From Mobula hypostoma (lineage: Eukaryota), in assembly GCF_963921235.1 (NCBI RefSeq), contig NC_086101.1, positions 7,380,001-7,444,000 on the forward strand: 64,000 nucleotides of DNA, read 5' to 3'. The notes under the pieces were generated by a model, which had not been told where the DNA came from, searched no databases, and saw nothing but the letters and a program-made list of their open reading frames with translations. The stretch's first letter is position 1. Each line of letters starts with the position of its first letter. Of the stretch, positions 25,359 to 37,774 are shown piece by piece. Made by a program: the position numbers and the translations under genes.

Positions 25359-28300
25359 TGTCTGAATGAATACGTCATTCTACGTATTTCCTTTGAGGCC
25401 TTAAATTTTGTAGTTTTTTAATCTACTTTTTGTAGGTTTTCATAACTAGTTTATGTTAATAATTTCATTTCTTTTTTTTGTTTACTCATAGGGTCTGGGG
25501 TTTGTTGCGTTTTTTTTATATTTTCTGGCTTTTTCTCTGTTATATTAAGTGTTCGTTTTAATTGATTTACCTTTTTTTTTATCATTTACTGTTTTATAAC
25601 TAGCTGATCTTTTTTATATTTACACTTTTTTTAGGGAGCATATACCGGAAGTCATGGGGGTAGTTTTAGTGCTTGCTTCTTTCTGGCTGGTCTGTGTTAG
25701 ATTTAGCCTTGAGGTCATGGGGTGGGGATGGTGGGAGGGGCTTCACGTTTTAGTTTCTTTCTTCTTGGGCTATGTACACTATTGAAGTATTGGTTGCGTT
25801 CTCCTTTCCGGTATCTCTTATTTGTTCTGTTCCCTTTCCGGGTTCATGGGTCGAGCCTATCATCAATCCTCCTTGTTGCGGGTTGACTTTAGGGTTTACG
25901 GAGTCTATTACTAATTTTGTCTCCTGGAATACTAATGGTCTTAATCATCCTATTAAAAGGAAAAAAGTTTTTAAAGTGTTCCGGAGACTTAAAGCACAAA
26001 TTTTATTTTTACAAGAGACCCATGTGCAGAGGGGGGACAGACTACGTTTTTTTAAATTTTGGAAGGAATAACAGTTTCATTTGAACTCCAACGCTAAGAT
26101 TCGAGGTGTCTCTATTTTTATAGACTCCTAAGTTTCTTTTATACAACATGATATTTCTGATCCGAATGGTAGATTTCTACTGGTTAGTGGTCTACTATTT
26201 AATAAAAAGGTAGTTTTGGTTAATGTTTATGCTCCTAATATGGACTGTCCAGAATTTTATAAATCATTATTCAATCAGTTCCTGAATTTGAATGAGTTTT
26301 CATTGATCTGGGGCGGAGATCTTAATACCTGTTTATCTCCAGCTTTGGACCGTTCGGCTCCTCTACGGACCTTACCTAATAAATCTGCAACTTTGATTAA
26401 TTCATTCCTTTCTGATTCTGGGTCGACGGACATTTGGCGTTTTTTGCATCCTCCGGAAAAAGATTTTTCTTTTTTATTCACATGTTCACCATTCCTATTC
26501 AAGAATTGATTATTTCTTTATTGACTCTCGTCTTATTTCTTCAGTGATTAAATGTGATTATGACTCTATAACCATTTCGAATCATGCTCCACTTAAGCTT
26601 TCTATTAAAATTCAGGCAATACACAAAATAATAGACAATGGTGTTTTAATTCGCTGTTGCTTCAGGATTCGGACTTTGTTAACTTTATGAATGAACAGAT
26701 TGATCTTTTTTTTACTATCAACTATACGGAGGATATTTCTGTGAACATTCTTTGGGATACTTTTAAAGCTTATATTCGTGGTCAGATTATCTCGTATTCT
26801 GCTGCTTTGAGGAAGAAGCTGAAGCAGGAGGAGTTGGTAATTGTGGACAAGATTAAGGAAATTGATAAGAAATATGTTACAGCTCCTTCTGAGGAGTTAT
26901 ATAAACAAAGAACTGAACTTCAAATGGAACACAGTTTATTACTTTCGTCCTCGATTGTAAACCAATTAAAGAAAACAAGAAGTGAATTTTATGTACACAG
27001 TGACAAAATTGGCAAACTGCTGGCTAACCAATTGAAGTCTCATTATGTTAAATCTCAAATTAATCAGATTTATAATCATAATGACCGACTGATACTTGAT
27101 CATGCGGGGATTAATCAAACCTTCTGTGATTTTTATTCTTCCTTATATCAATCAGAGTCTCCTCGAGACTCTAAATATATGAATGATTTTTTAGATAACC
27201 TAGACTTCCCTGAGATTTCACAGGATATGTCTTCTATGTTAGATACTCCCATTACCACTGATGAGATTAAGAATGTTATTTCCTCTATGAATTTGGGGAA
27301 AGCTCCTGGCCCTGATGGGTTTACCGTAGAATTTTATAAATGTTTTGCACCTTCATTAATCCCTTGGTTCTGTAGGGTTTTCGAGGCTTCATTAAAACTT
27401 GGTAAACTTCCCAAATCTTTCAATAGAGCGTCAATCTCTCTAATATTAAAGAAGGATAAAGATCCTGCTCAATATGCATCTTATAGACCAATATCTTTAT
27501 TAAATGTTGATTCTAAAGTTTTTTCTAAGTTATTAGCAAACAGATTAGAAAAGTACTTCCTTTTATTAGCAAACAGATTAGAAAAAGTACTTCCTTTTAT
27601 TATTTCGGAAGACCAAACGGGTTTTATTAAAGGTCCTTACTCTTTTTATAACATTCGCACACTGTTAAATATTGTTTATACCCCCTCACAAAATGTTCCT
27701 GAGTGTGTTATCTCTTTAGATGCTGAGAAAGCTTTTGATAGAGTAGAATGGCCTTACTTATTTAAGATGCTTGAAATGTTTAATTTTAGCTCGAAATTTA
27801 TACCCTGGATCAAACTGTTATATCATTCTCCTGTGGCCTCGGTCCGTACTAACTCTCTAAGGTCACCTTTTTCCCCTCTTTTTCGAGGCACTCGACAAGG
27901 TTGTCCTCTTAGCCCTTTATTATTTGATATTGCATTAGAACCTCTTGCAATTGCCATTCGAGAATCTCCAAATATTACTGGGATAACTCGGGGCTTAAAG
28001 TCCCATAAAATATCACTCTATGCTGATGATATATTTCTAATCCTCAAAATCCATCCCTGCTGTTTTAGAGTTATTAGCACAATTTAGTCTCTTTTCAGGT
28101 TATAAATTAAATCTTAGTAAGAGTGAACTTTTCCCGATTAATAAACAACTTCCCTTATATCATAACTTTCCATTTAAATTGATTAATAATTATTTTTCAT
28201 ATCTTGGGATTAAAATTACTTGTAAATACAAAGATTTATTTAAGCTTAACTTTTTACTCTTTAATTGACCATATTATTCAACTTTCATCTAAATGGTTTC

Positions 28301-30006
28301 CTTTATATTTAACTTTGATTGGTCATATTAATGCAGTTAAGATGATTTTTTTGCCAAAATTTCTATATATATTTCAGGCATTACCAATCTTTGTTCCAAA
28401 ATCTTTTTTTGATAAAGTTGACTCAAAAATTTCTTCATTTATTTGGCAAAATAAAAACCCGAGACTGGGTAAAATACATTTACAGAAAGCTAAGAGAGAT
28501 GGAGGTTTAGCATTACCTAACTTTAGATTCTATTATTGGGCAATTAATATTTGACATATGAAATTTTGGTTACTTGACCAGGATATACTATCCATTCCTA
28601 AATGGGTAGCATTGGAATTACAGTCTGTTCAGGGCTATACACTTGGCTCTATTTTAGGTTCCTCTCTTCCTTTTGATTCGAAACGCCTTAAACAGGTATC
28701 TAACCCGATAGTTAAATATACCTTACGTATTTGGTTTCAATTCAGAAAATTTTTTGATCCTAACCAATTTGGGCTAGCAATTCCCATTTTAGGTAACATA
28801 TTTTTTCCTCCCTCTTTTACGGATCGTGCTTTTCAAATTTGGAAAACTAAGGGTATTTCACGGTTTTTGGATTTATTTTTAGATGGTTCCCTTATGTCTT
28901 TTGAACAATTATCTAGTAGATATAATTTATCAAGAATACATTTTTTTAGATACTATAATTAACCTTAATCCATGTCAGAAAGGTGCATCGGCTATGATTT
29001 ATAATATTATTATGAAACTTAGGAAAGCTCCATTTGATAAGATTAGGGTAGATTGGGAACAGGAATTGGGGTCTATCATTTCCGTGGATGACTGGGGGCA
29101 GATTTTACAATTAGTCAATACTTCCTCTATCTGTGCTAAACATTCCCTAATTCAATTTAAAGTTGTTCATAGAGCACATATGTCCAAAGATAAATTAGCT
29201 TGCTTTTATTCTTGTATTAATCCTTTTTGTGATAGATGTCCGGGGCAGATAGCCTCTTTAACTCATATGTTTTGGTCTTGTCCTACTCTGGAAACTTTTT
29301 GGAGAGACATTTTTAATATTATCTCCAAGGTATTGAATATAGATATCTCTCCTCACCCTATTACTGCTATCTTTGGACTACCTAAAATTTCCAGTAATCT
29401 TTCTCCTTCAGCCCGTAGAATGATTGCATTTCTTACTTTAATGGCGAAAAGATGTATCTTACAACATTGGAAAGAGCTTAATGCTCCAACTACCTTTTTT
29501 TGGTTTTCTCAGACGATATTATGCTTGAATTTGGAGAAAATTAGAAGTAATCTTTATGATTCCTCACTTAAATTTGAACAGACCTGGAGATCTTTTATTC
29601 AATATTTTCATTTAATGTAATTTTTTTTTCTCCTCTTTTTTTGCTCCATATTTATATACCCTTCTTGTTTTTTTTTACTGTTTTTAATGGAGGTTGGGAT
29701 TGAGGACGTGATTTTAAGTTTTTTAACTCTGCTTGGTTCCAAGTTAACCCATTGCTTTGCTTTGCTTTTAGTTAGTTGCACGGTGTTTTTTTGGGTTTTT
29801 TTTTTTCCTTTTCTCTATTGATATATATATAAAAATTAGTATACTATTATGTTACCTTAGTATGTTATGTTTAAATTACATTGTTTGTATCTTTTTTTTG
29901 TATTAATATCTCCTGTAATTTTATTATATTCTAACAGTGTATTAGTGCCTATATGGCTTACCTTTTTGTATACTTATTCAATAAAAAGATTTAAAAAGAA
30001 AGAAAG
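25359..30006 (+). mobile_element. L1/Tx1-clade LINE, 5'-truncated, frameshifted ORF2 (APE-RT-CCHC)
   Basis: APE (VSWNTNGLNHPIKRKKV...FLQETH; GGDLN), RT (SLDAEKAFDRVEW, GTRQGCPLSPLLF, LYADD), C-terminal CxxC..H...C; AATAAA and A-rich tail; 13-bp TSD aaacatctgatgt at 25346-25358 and 30007-30019. Confidence 0.93.
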
Positions 30007-30797
30007 AAACATCTGATGTGCAAAAGAGGACAAATCATGCAAACTATAAAGAAGAAAACAAATTAGACATAGAACTCCTGAACTACGGAGTTCCTGTAAG
30101 CGAGTTCGCAGGCTTCCGAGTCAGTTCAGCGCTGAGGCGAGTGAAGCCGGTCCAGGAGCCCGAGGGCTGCAGGGTAACAACTGTTCCTGTACCTGCCATG
30201 ATGAGACCCAAGATTCATGCACCTCCCGCCCAATGGTGGCAGCGAGAAGAGAGGCAGACGGGTCAAACACAGGCCATTGGGTCAGGCTCAGTGAAATGTC
30301 CTCTTCATTACTCACTCTCCTGAAGAACTCTGTATCATCGCCAGATTTACCAAGGTTACCTTCAGTGCATTTATCAGGTAATTCACTGAAGTTATAAAAA
30401 GTACTGATCAGAATCAGAATCAGGTTTACTATCACCGATGCAAGTCTTAAAATTTGCTGTTCTGTAGCAGCAGTACCATGAAAATAATGATAAATAACAA
30501 CAAAGAATATTCGAGAAAACTAAATAAGTACTGCAGAAAGAGAGCAAATTAGTGAGGCAGAGTTTGTGAGTTCGTGATCCATTCAGAAATTTGTTGGTGG
30601 CAAGGAAGAAGCTGTTTCTAAAACATTGAGAGTGTGTTTTCAGGTTCCTGCACCTCCTCCCATATGGTAGTAATGAGACAAGTGCATGTCCTGGATGGTG
30701 AAGACCCTTCATGATGGATGCTGCCTTTTGAAGATGTTGAAGATACTGAAGATGATCAGGCCGTGAATAATTGTTCCCTTTTCTCCATACTTTGTAG

Positions 30798-31093
30798 GTC
30801 CTTCAGATGCTCCAGTACCAACATCTTCGCCTCCCCCCTACAGCCAGGTGATCGAACCACGACTCCATGCCCTGTCCACGACTTACTCCGTGCAGACACA
30901 GATACCCGCTCCTCCTGTTGACGTGCGGGGATACATGCAGGAGACAGCATTCCACAACGGATCCCCAGGGTTCACCACCCTGCTGCCATATGGAGCCGTG
31001 GGCGCCTCCTCCTACATTGCAGCACCACCCCCTGGTTATGCCATCCAGCTGCAGCCCTACACAACCCTTATTCCTGTCTATCCCCTCGGGAAT
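30798..31093 (+). CDS. prrt1: PRRT1-like coding exon 2 (proline-rich region)
   Basis: Acceptor ttttctccatactttgtag|GT; reads (G)PSDAPVPTSSPPPYSQVIEPR...GYMQETAF...PPPGYAIQLQPYTTLIPVYPLGN; donor AAT|gtaagt at 31094. PPPY, YxQET and GYxxQLQP..VYP motifs match PRRT1. Confidence 0.92.
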
Positions 31094-31569
31094 GTAAGTA
31101 CCATTTCATCGTCCAGTCCTGACCCGAACTCGTAATGTTTGTTTAACTATTATTTTTGAATGCCATCCTAATCTTAACCGATGCGGGGAGTCGGGGGATT
31201 AAAAGAGTAGCTTTATCAAAATACACATCAAAACATATTGTGAAATGCGTCATTTCTGTCAATGACCAACACAGTCCGAGGATGTGCTGGGGCAGACTAT
31301 ATGTTACCATGCGCCAATGTAGCATTTCCAAAACTGATGGCAGTATGATGGCGCCATTAGATGGGGACTTTTGCATGCAGCTCCAATGGAAATCATCAAA
31401 TATTCCCATTTAGGGACATGACAGCTGTAATTCAGTCACAGCCATAGGTAAGCAACATTGTTTTAAGATTTTTTTTTAAAAATCTATCGATACACAAAAT
31501 CAAAGCACCTCAGACAGCATACTCAGGTCACGAGTGCAGTTCCCCTTTAAGAAAACAGAAGCAGGAATG

Positions 31570-34500
31570 CCACACTTGTCTACAGGTACAATTGAACCAC
31601 AGAGGCCTTAGACTTTCACTCTCAACTATCTGCTGGCAAATGCAAAATAAAATTGGAGATCTTAGAGGAAGATTGATATACCAAAGGGACATCAGGGACT
31701 GCTGTGAACTCTGCTTTATGGAAACATGGCTATCCGCCGCCATTTCAAACACAGTGCTGCAGCTTGACGGCTTCACCATTCTCTGCAAAGGCAGGACTGC
31801 TCAGTTGATTAACAGTAGAGGAGGTGGAGTGGTGCACAAATATTGTGGTACTGTCTCAGTCCTGGTTATCTGACCTGGAACATCTAGCAGCCATAATTTG
31901 TCCATTTTATCTGCCGATGGAGTTTTCCACCATCAGGCAGGCACTGGAGGAGCTGAGCAACGTAATCAGCAGACGTGAAACAAGACTCCCTTCACTACCA
32001 TTGTGGGAGATTTCAACCAGACCAGCTGGGGGAAGTCTCTGAACAATTACCACCAATTTATCAACTGTGGTGCCAGCACACTTGACCACTGTTATACCAC
32101 CATCAAGAGCACTTACTGTGCCATCCCACACCCTCATTTTGAAAAGTTCAGTCACCTGCCTGTACTTCTACTCCCAGTCTATAGGTAGAAACTAAAGACA
32201 GCAGCACCAGTGGCAAGAACCAAGAAGGGTCAAGGAAGGCATAGGATCAATGACAGAACTGCTTTGAGTCACAGGACTGGACAATATTCAGGGATTCATC
32301 TTTAAATCTGAATGAATACGCCACAGTTGTCATTAACTTCATCAAGACCTGTGTTGATGAGTGAGTGCCTTTGAGAATATACTGGACATACCCAAACCAA
32401 AATCCATGGATGAACCCAGAGATTCGTAGTCTGCTGAAGGTTAGATCTGTGGTATTCCAGACTGGTGATCTAGAACTATGTAAGGAGTACAGTATAACCT
32501 ATGGAAGGCTGTTTTAAGGGCAAAAAAAGAATTCTGTTTGAAGTTAAGATGAATTCATGTCATCTGGCAGGGTTTGAAGGCCATAACTTCCTGCAAAGTA
32601 AAACCTAACACCATGAATGAATGTTCACTCCCGGATGAGTTAACCATCTTTTATGCACACTTTGAAAGGGAGAATAAAACTACACCTGTGTGACTCCCGG
32701 CAGCATCTGGTGACCCTGTGATTTCTGTCTCAGAGGCCGATGTCCGGACACCTTTCAAGCAGGTGACCCCTTGCAAGACATCAGGCCCTGATGGTGTACC
32801 TGGAAGGATCCTGAAAACCTGTGTCAACCAGCTTGCAGGAATGTTCAAGGACATCTTCACCCTCTCACTACTGCAGTTGGAGTTTCCCACCGGCTTCAAA
32901 AGGGAGATAATCATACCTGTACCTAAGAAGATCAGGGTGAGCTGCTTCAATGGCTATTGTCCAGTGGCGCTCACATCTACTGTGATGAAATGCATTGAGA
33001 AGTTGGTCATGATTAGAATCAACTCTTGCCACCCTGAAGTTGCTTCCTTGACTCATATGTTTTGGTCTTGCCCTTTCTTGCATAAATATTGGAAAGATAT
33101 CTTTGATATTATTTCTACTGTTTTGCGTATTAATTTACAATCACACCCTGTTACTGCAATTTTTTGGGTTACCAATGATGGAAGGTAGATATTTATCCTC
33201 TTCAGCCTGTGGGATGATTGCTTTTTTAACATTAATGGCTTGAAAATTTATCTTATTGAACTGGAAAGAGGTCAATCCCCCTACTACATTTCAATGGTTT
33301 TCTCAACCTATATCTTGTTTAAATTTAGAGAAAATTAGAAGTGGCACCTCCGACCCTTCGATTAAATTTGAAGAAACTTGGAGACCATTTATTCAACATT
33401 TCCATATGATGTAGTTTGACCTTTTCGAATCCTTTTTTAAAACTTAAAATACACCGATAGAGGAGTGGAGTTAATGACATTAATGAATCTATCCAATGTA
33501 ATATGTTAGCCTGTCTTTTTTTTCTATAGTTCTGTTTTATTTTCAGTTTTATTTAGTTTAGGTTAATATCACTTAGTTTAATTAATGTCTTTTTTTTCTT
33601 TTCTAATTTAAGTTTTCTTTAGATTTTTTTCTCATTTATCCCTCTATCATGTTTAATTATATTTAGAGTTTGGGAAACTTTATACATCTGTATTATTACC
33701 AATGTTATATTTGTAATGTCAATTATTAGTAATGTAATCCCACTCTCTGTTCATTAATATTGTTATTATGTTTATAATTTTGAAATTAATAAAAAGATTG
33801 GAAAAGAAAAGAAAGAAGGAATCAACTCTTGCCTAAGTAAGCACCTCACCCACTGCAATTTGCCTATTGCCTTAACAGATCTAAAGTGGATGCAATCTCA
33901 CCGGCTCTCCACTCACCCTTGAATTGCCCGGACAATAGTAATACCTACATCAGGCTCCTTATTAACAACAGCTCAGTGTTCTACACAATCATACGCTCAG
34001 TTATAATCATCAAGTTCCAAAACCTGGGGGTCTGTACCTCTCTCTGCAATTGGATCCTCAACTTCTTCACTGGAAGACCACAGTCTCTGAAGAACTATCC
34101 TGGGCCCAACATATTGATGCATTTCCAAAGAAGGCATGGCAGCGGCTCTATTTCATTAGGAGTTCAGGGAGAATTGGTACGTTAGCAAAGACACTCGCAA
34201 TTTTCTACAGATGTGAGAGCATTCTAACTAGTTGCATCACCATCTGGTATGGAGGGGCCACTGCACAGGATCAGAAAAACTGTAGAAAGCAAACTCAGGC
34301 CACTTCATCATGGGCACCAGCCTCCCCAGCATCCCGGACATCTTCAAAATGTAATGCCAAAAAAACGGGGCATTCGTCATTCAGGATCCCCAGCACCCAA
34401 GACATGCCCTCTCCTCATTGCTACCATCAATGAGGAGGTACAGGATCCTCAATGATTCAGAAACAACTTCTTCCCCTCCACTATCAGATTTCTGAATGGA

Positions 34501-34685
34501 CAACCAACCCATGAACACCACCTCACTATTTTTTCTCTCTTTTGCCCTACTTATTTAATTTATTTTTTATTATATACTTCTTGTAATTTATAGTTTTAAT
34601 TATTGTGTATTGCAATGTACTTGTGCCACAACACAACAAATTTCACGACATATGCCAGTGATATTAAATCTGATTCTGATTCTGG
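31570..34685 (+). mobile_element. Decayed Rex1/Babar LINE (EN-RT-3' end)
   Basis: LCFMETWL, GDFN and TLDHCYT endonuclease motifs; GPDGVPGR.LK.C..QL...IF.LSL...IIPVPKK...YCPVALTS.VMKC RT entry; (tctgat)n tail near 34670-34685. Confidence 0.85.
33031..33818 (+). mobile_element. 5'-truncated L1/Tx1 fragment nested in the Rex1 element
   Basis: ASLTHMFWSCP C-terminus as in the 25359-30006 element; A-rich tail; 15-bp TSD gaatcaactcttgcc at 33016-33030 and 33819-33833. Confidence 0.9.
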
Positions 34686-34894
34686 TTCTAACCCTAACCC
34701 GTACATCTTTGGAATGTGGGAGGAAACTGGAGCACCCGGAGGAAACCTACATGGTTACGAGGAGAATCTGCAATGGCCTTACAGGCAGTGGCGGGAATTG
34801 AACTCCAGTTGTAATATTGCCACACTACTGTGCTGCCCTCTGAACAAGTGAGCAGCAGTTCATGCTTTTGTTTCTGTGCTCCAACAACCCCTGT

Positions 34895-37095
34895 TCTTTG
34901 CAACACACACAAAATGCTGGAGGAACTCAACAGGCCTGTCAGTGGAAAAAAAGTAAACAGTTCTGCATTTCAGACCGAGATCCTTCATCAGGACTGGAAA
35001 GGAAAAGGAAAGGTGGGGGAGGGGAGGAAGACGAGAAGATGGAAGGTGGTAGGTGAAACTGGCAGGGGGTTGGGGTGAAGTAAAGAGCTGGCAAGTTGAT
35101 GGTTGATTTCTGAAAGAGATAAAGGCCTGGAGAGGCGGGTGGTGGGGGTTGGGATGCGGGCTGTGCAGAATCTGATAGGAGAGGACAGAAGACCATGGAA
35201 GAGAGGGAAGGGGGGAGAGCACCAGAGGGAGGTGATGGGCAGGTAAGGAGATAAGCTGACAGAGGGAAACAGGAATGGGGAATAGTGAAGAAGGGAGAGG
35301 GGCAATTACTGGAAGTTTGAGAAATCGATGTCTATGCGATGTTGGAGGCTACCCAGATGGAATAGAAGATGTTGCTCCTCCAGCCTTAGTGTGGCCTCGT
35401 CGTGGCAGTAGAGAAGGCCATGGACTAACATGGCGGAACGGGAATGGGAAGTTGAATTGAAATGAGTAGCCACCGGAAGATCCCACTTTTTCTGGCGGAC
35501 GGAGCTGAGGAGCCCAGTGAAGTGGTCTCCCTATCCACGTTGGGCCTCGCTGACATTCAGGAGGTCACACTGGGAGCACCGGATACAGGAGAGACTCGCA
35601 GCTGAAGTGTCACCTCATCAGGTGGGACTGTTTGGTGCCCTGAATGGTAGTGAGAGAGGATGTGTTGGGGCAGGTGTGGCACTTGCTCTGCTTGATGGAA
35701 TGTCTGGGTGGCCTCCAACCTGATGGAATGAACATTGATTTCTCAAACTTCTGCTCATGGGCCCTTCCCCTCTCCTTCATCATTTCCCATTCCCATTTCG
35801 CTCTCTTGCCTTATCTCTTTACCCGCCCGTCACCTCCCTCTGGTGCTCCTCCCCTTTCCCTCTTTTCCATGGCCTTCTGACCTCTACTATCAGATTCCCC
35901 CTTCTCCAGCCCTTTATCTCCTTCATCAATCAACTTCCCAGATTTTTCTTCTTCTTCTTTCTCTCTTCTCAAAATGTCCACTGTTCTTTATAAACACAAG
36001 ATATTCTGCAGATGCTTGAGAAACACACAGAAAATGCTGGAAGGACATAGCAGGTCATGCAGCATAATCAGTTGACATTATTTAGATAAGTTCCCTGTGG
36101 CCACCCATTTCAATTCCACTTCCCGTTCCCATTCTCATTCTGACTTTGAAAATGCAAACAGGAGGAAATCTGCAGATGCTGGAACTTCAAGCTACACACA
36201 TAAAAGTTGCTGGTGAATACAGCAGGCCAGGCAGTCATCGACTGAACCTCTTCCTATAGATGCTGCCTAGCCTGCTGTGTTCACCAGCAATTTTTATGTG
36301 TGTTGCTCTTTCTGCCTTGTCAGTTCATGGCCTCTTCTACTGCCACAATGCCAGTCTTAGGTTGGAGGGGCAATACCTCATATTCTGTCTGAGTAGCCTC
36401 CAACCTGACAAAATGAACATGAATTTCTCCCTCCTCTCTCCTTCCCTCTTTTTCCATTCTCCATTTTGTTTCCCCTCTTGCCCCTTCTCTTCTCCTCACC
36501 TACCTACCTATCACAGCTCTGTGGTGAACCTTCTCCCATAGGCAACTGCCCTGCCCAGTCAGGGCAGCTTTGGGGTTTCATGGAATTTGGAGTTCAATTC
36601 TGGCATCGTTCTGTAAGAAGTCTCTGTACTTCCTCCTTGTGGAATGTGTAGGGTTTCCCCGGGTGCTGCAGTTTTCTCCCAGTCAAAAAATGTATTGGGT
36701 TGGCATTGTAAATTGTCCCGTGATTAGGATAGGGTTAGTCGGGGTTGATAGACAGGCCTATTACACACTGCACTGCCAAATAATAAATAAACCAGATTCC
36801 TTCTTCTTTAGCCTTTTACCTCTCCCACCTATTCCCTCCCAGCTTCTCACTTCATCCTCCTCCCCCATCTCCACCTACCCATCTGTTCTCAATTATAACC
36901 AGCCAGCTTGCACTCCTCCCCCCAGCCACCTTCTTATTCTGGCTTCTGTCCCTTCCTTTCCAGTCCTGCTGAAATGCCTGAGCCCAAGACATAACCTTAT
37001 TTCCCTCGGTGGATGCTCTCTGACCTGCTGAGTTCCTATGGCATTTTGTGCGTGTTGTTCAAGAGTTTCAGCATCTGCAGAATTTCTTGTGTTTG
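34895..37095. mobile_element. Cluster of decayed Penelope-like remnants in both orientations
   Basis: GIY-YIG tail remnants (ggcctccaacctgat..atgaacat), pLTR ends (cacacacaaaatgctggaggaactca), degenerate hammerheads near 34960-34997 and 36960, collapsed palindrome at about 36150-36310. Confidence 0.65.
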
Positions 37096-37457
37096 TAATC
37101 TTTGGTCTCTGGTGTAAGTACCACAGGGAAAAACACTTCTAAAGAAGGCCCGAAAAGGACACACTCAAGAGAAGAGACCCCAAACCGTGAAGCAGCAGGA
37201 CCTCTGGGGTTTGATAGGCCACCAATGTATCACAACCCCGGGAGTACCTTCAATCAGGGGCACAATGGTGACCGGAATAATTCAGAATTTCCCACTCAGT
37301 GCACACCTCCTGAGCAGTGATATTTAGAAATGAGGTGAACACTGAAGAAAACAAGCACACAGAGCAAAGAGTTAATTTCTACCACAGAGAAAATTCAAAA
37401 GGGTGAAGAACGCAGCACTGAAGGTGCGCATTTAAATGCAGATAGCATTTGGAATAA

Positions 37458-37768
37458 GGTGGCATCCGTTAGTCTTGCGAGACCATGGATCTGCGCCTGG
37501 AAAGTCTTCATTCTCCAGGGCGCAGGCCTGGGCAAGATTGTATGGAAGACCAGCAGTCGCCCATGCTGCAAGTCTTCCCTCTCCACGACATCAATGTTGT
37601 CCAAGGGAACGGCATCAGGACCCATACAGCTTGGCACCAGTGTCATCACAGAGCAATGTGTGGTTAAGTGCCTTGCTCAAGGACACAACGTGTTCCCTCG
37701 GCTGGGGCTCGAACTCACGACCTTCAGGTCGCTAGTTCAATGCCTTAACCACTTGGCCACGTGCCCAC
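37458..37768 (-). mobile_element. tRNA-derived CORE-type SINE with RTE-like 3' tail
   Basis: Minus strand: gtggccaagtggttaagg (A-box), gagttcgagccc (B-box), gtgtccttgagcaaggcacttaacc (CORE-like), then a tail ending atccatggtctcgcaagactaacggatgccac. Confidence 0.7.
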
Positions 37769-37774
37769 ACATAA

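Noticed and set aside
32718..33188. 156-aa ORF that looks like an RT-zinc knuckle fusion
   Set aside because: Chance read-through from Rex1 RT into the nested L1 fragment at the TSD (33030/33031).
37690..37768. tRNA-like sequence with A and B boxes (also near 6170-6250 and 42985-43050)
   Set aside because: Continues into SINE body sequence and I could not form a proper acceptor stem; these are SINE heads, not tRNA genes.
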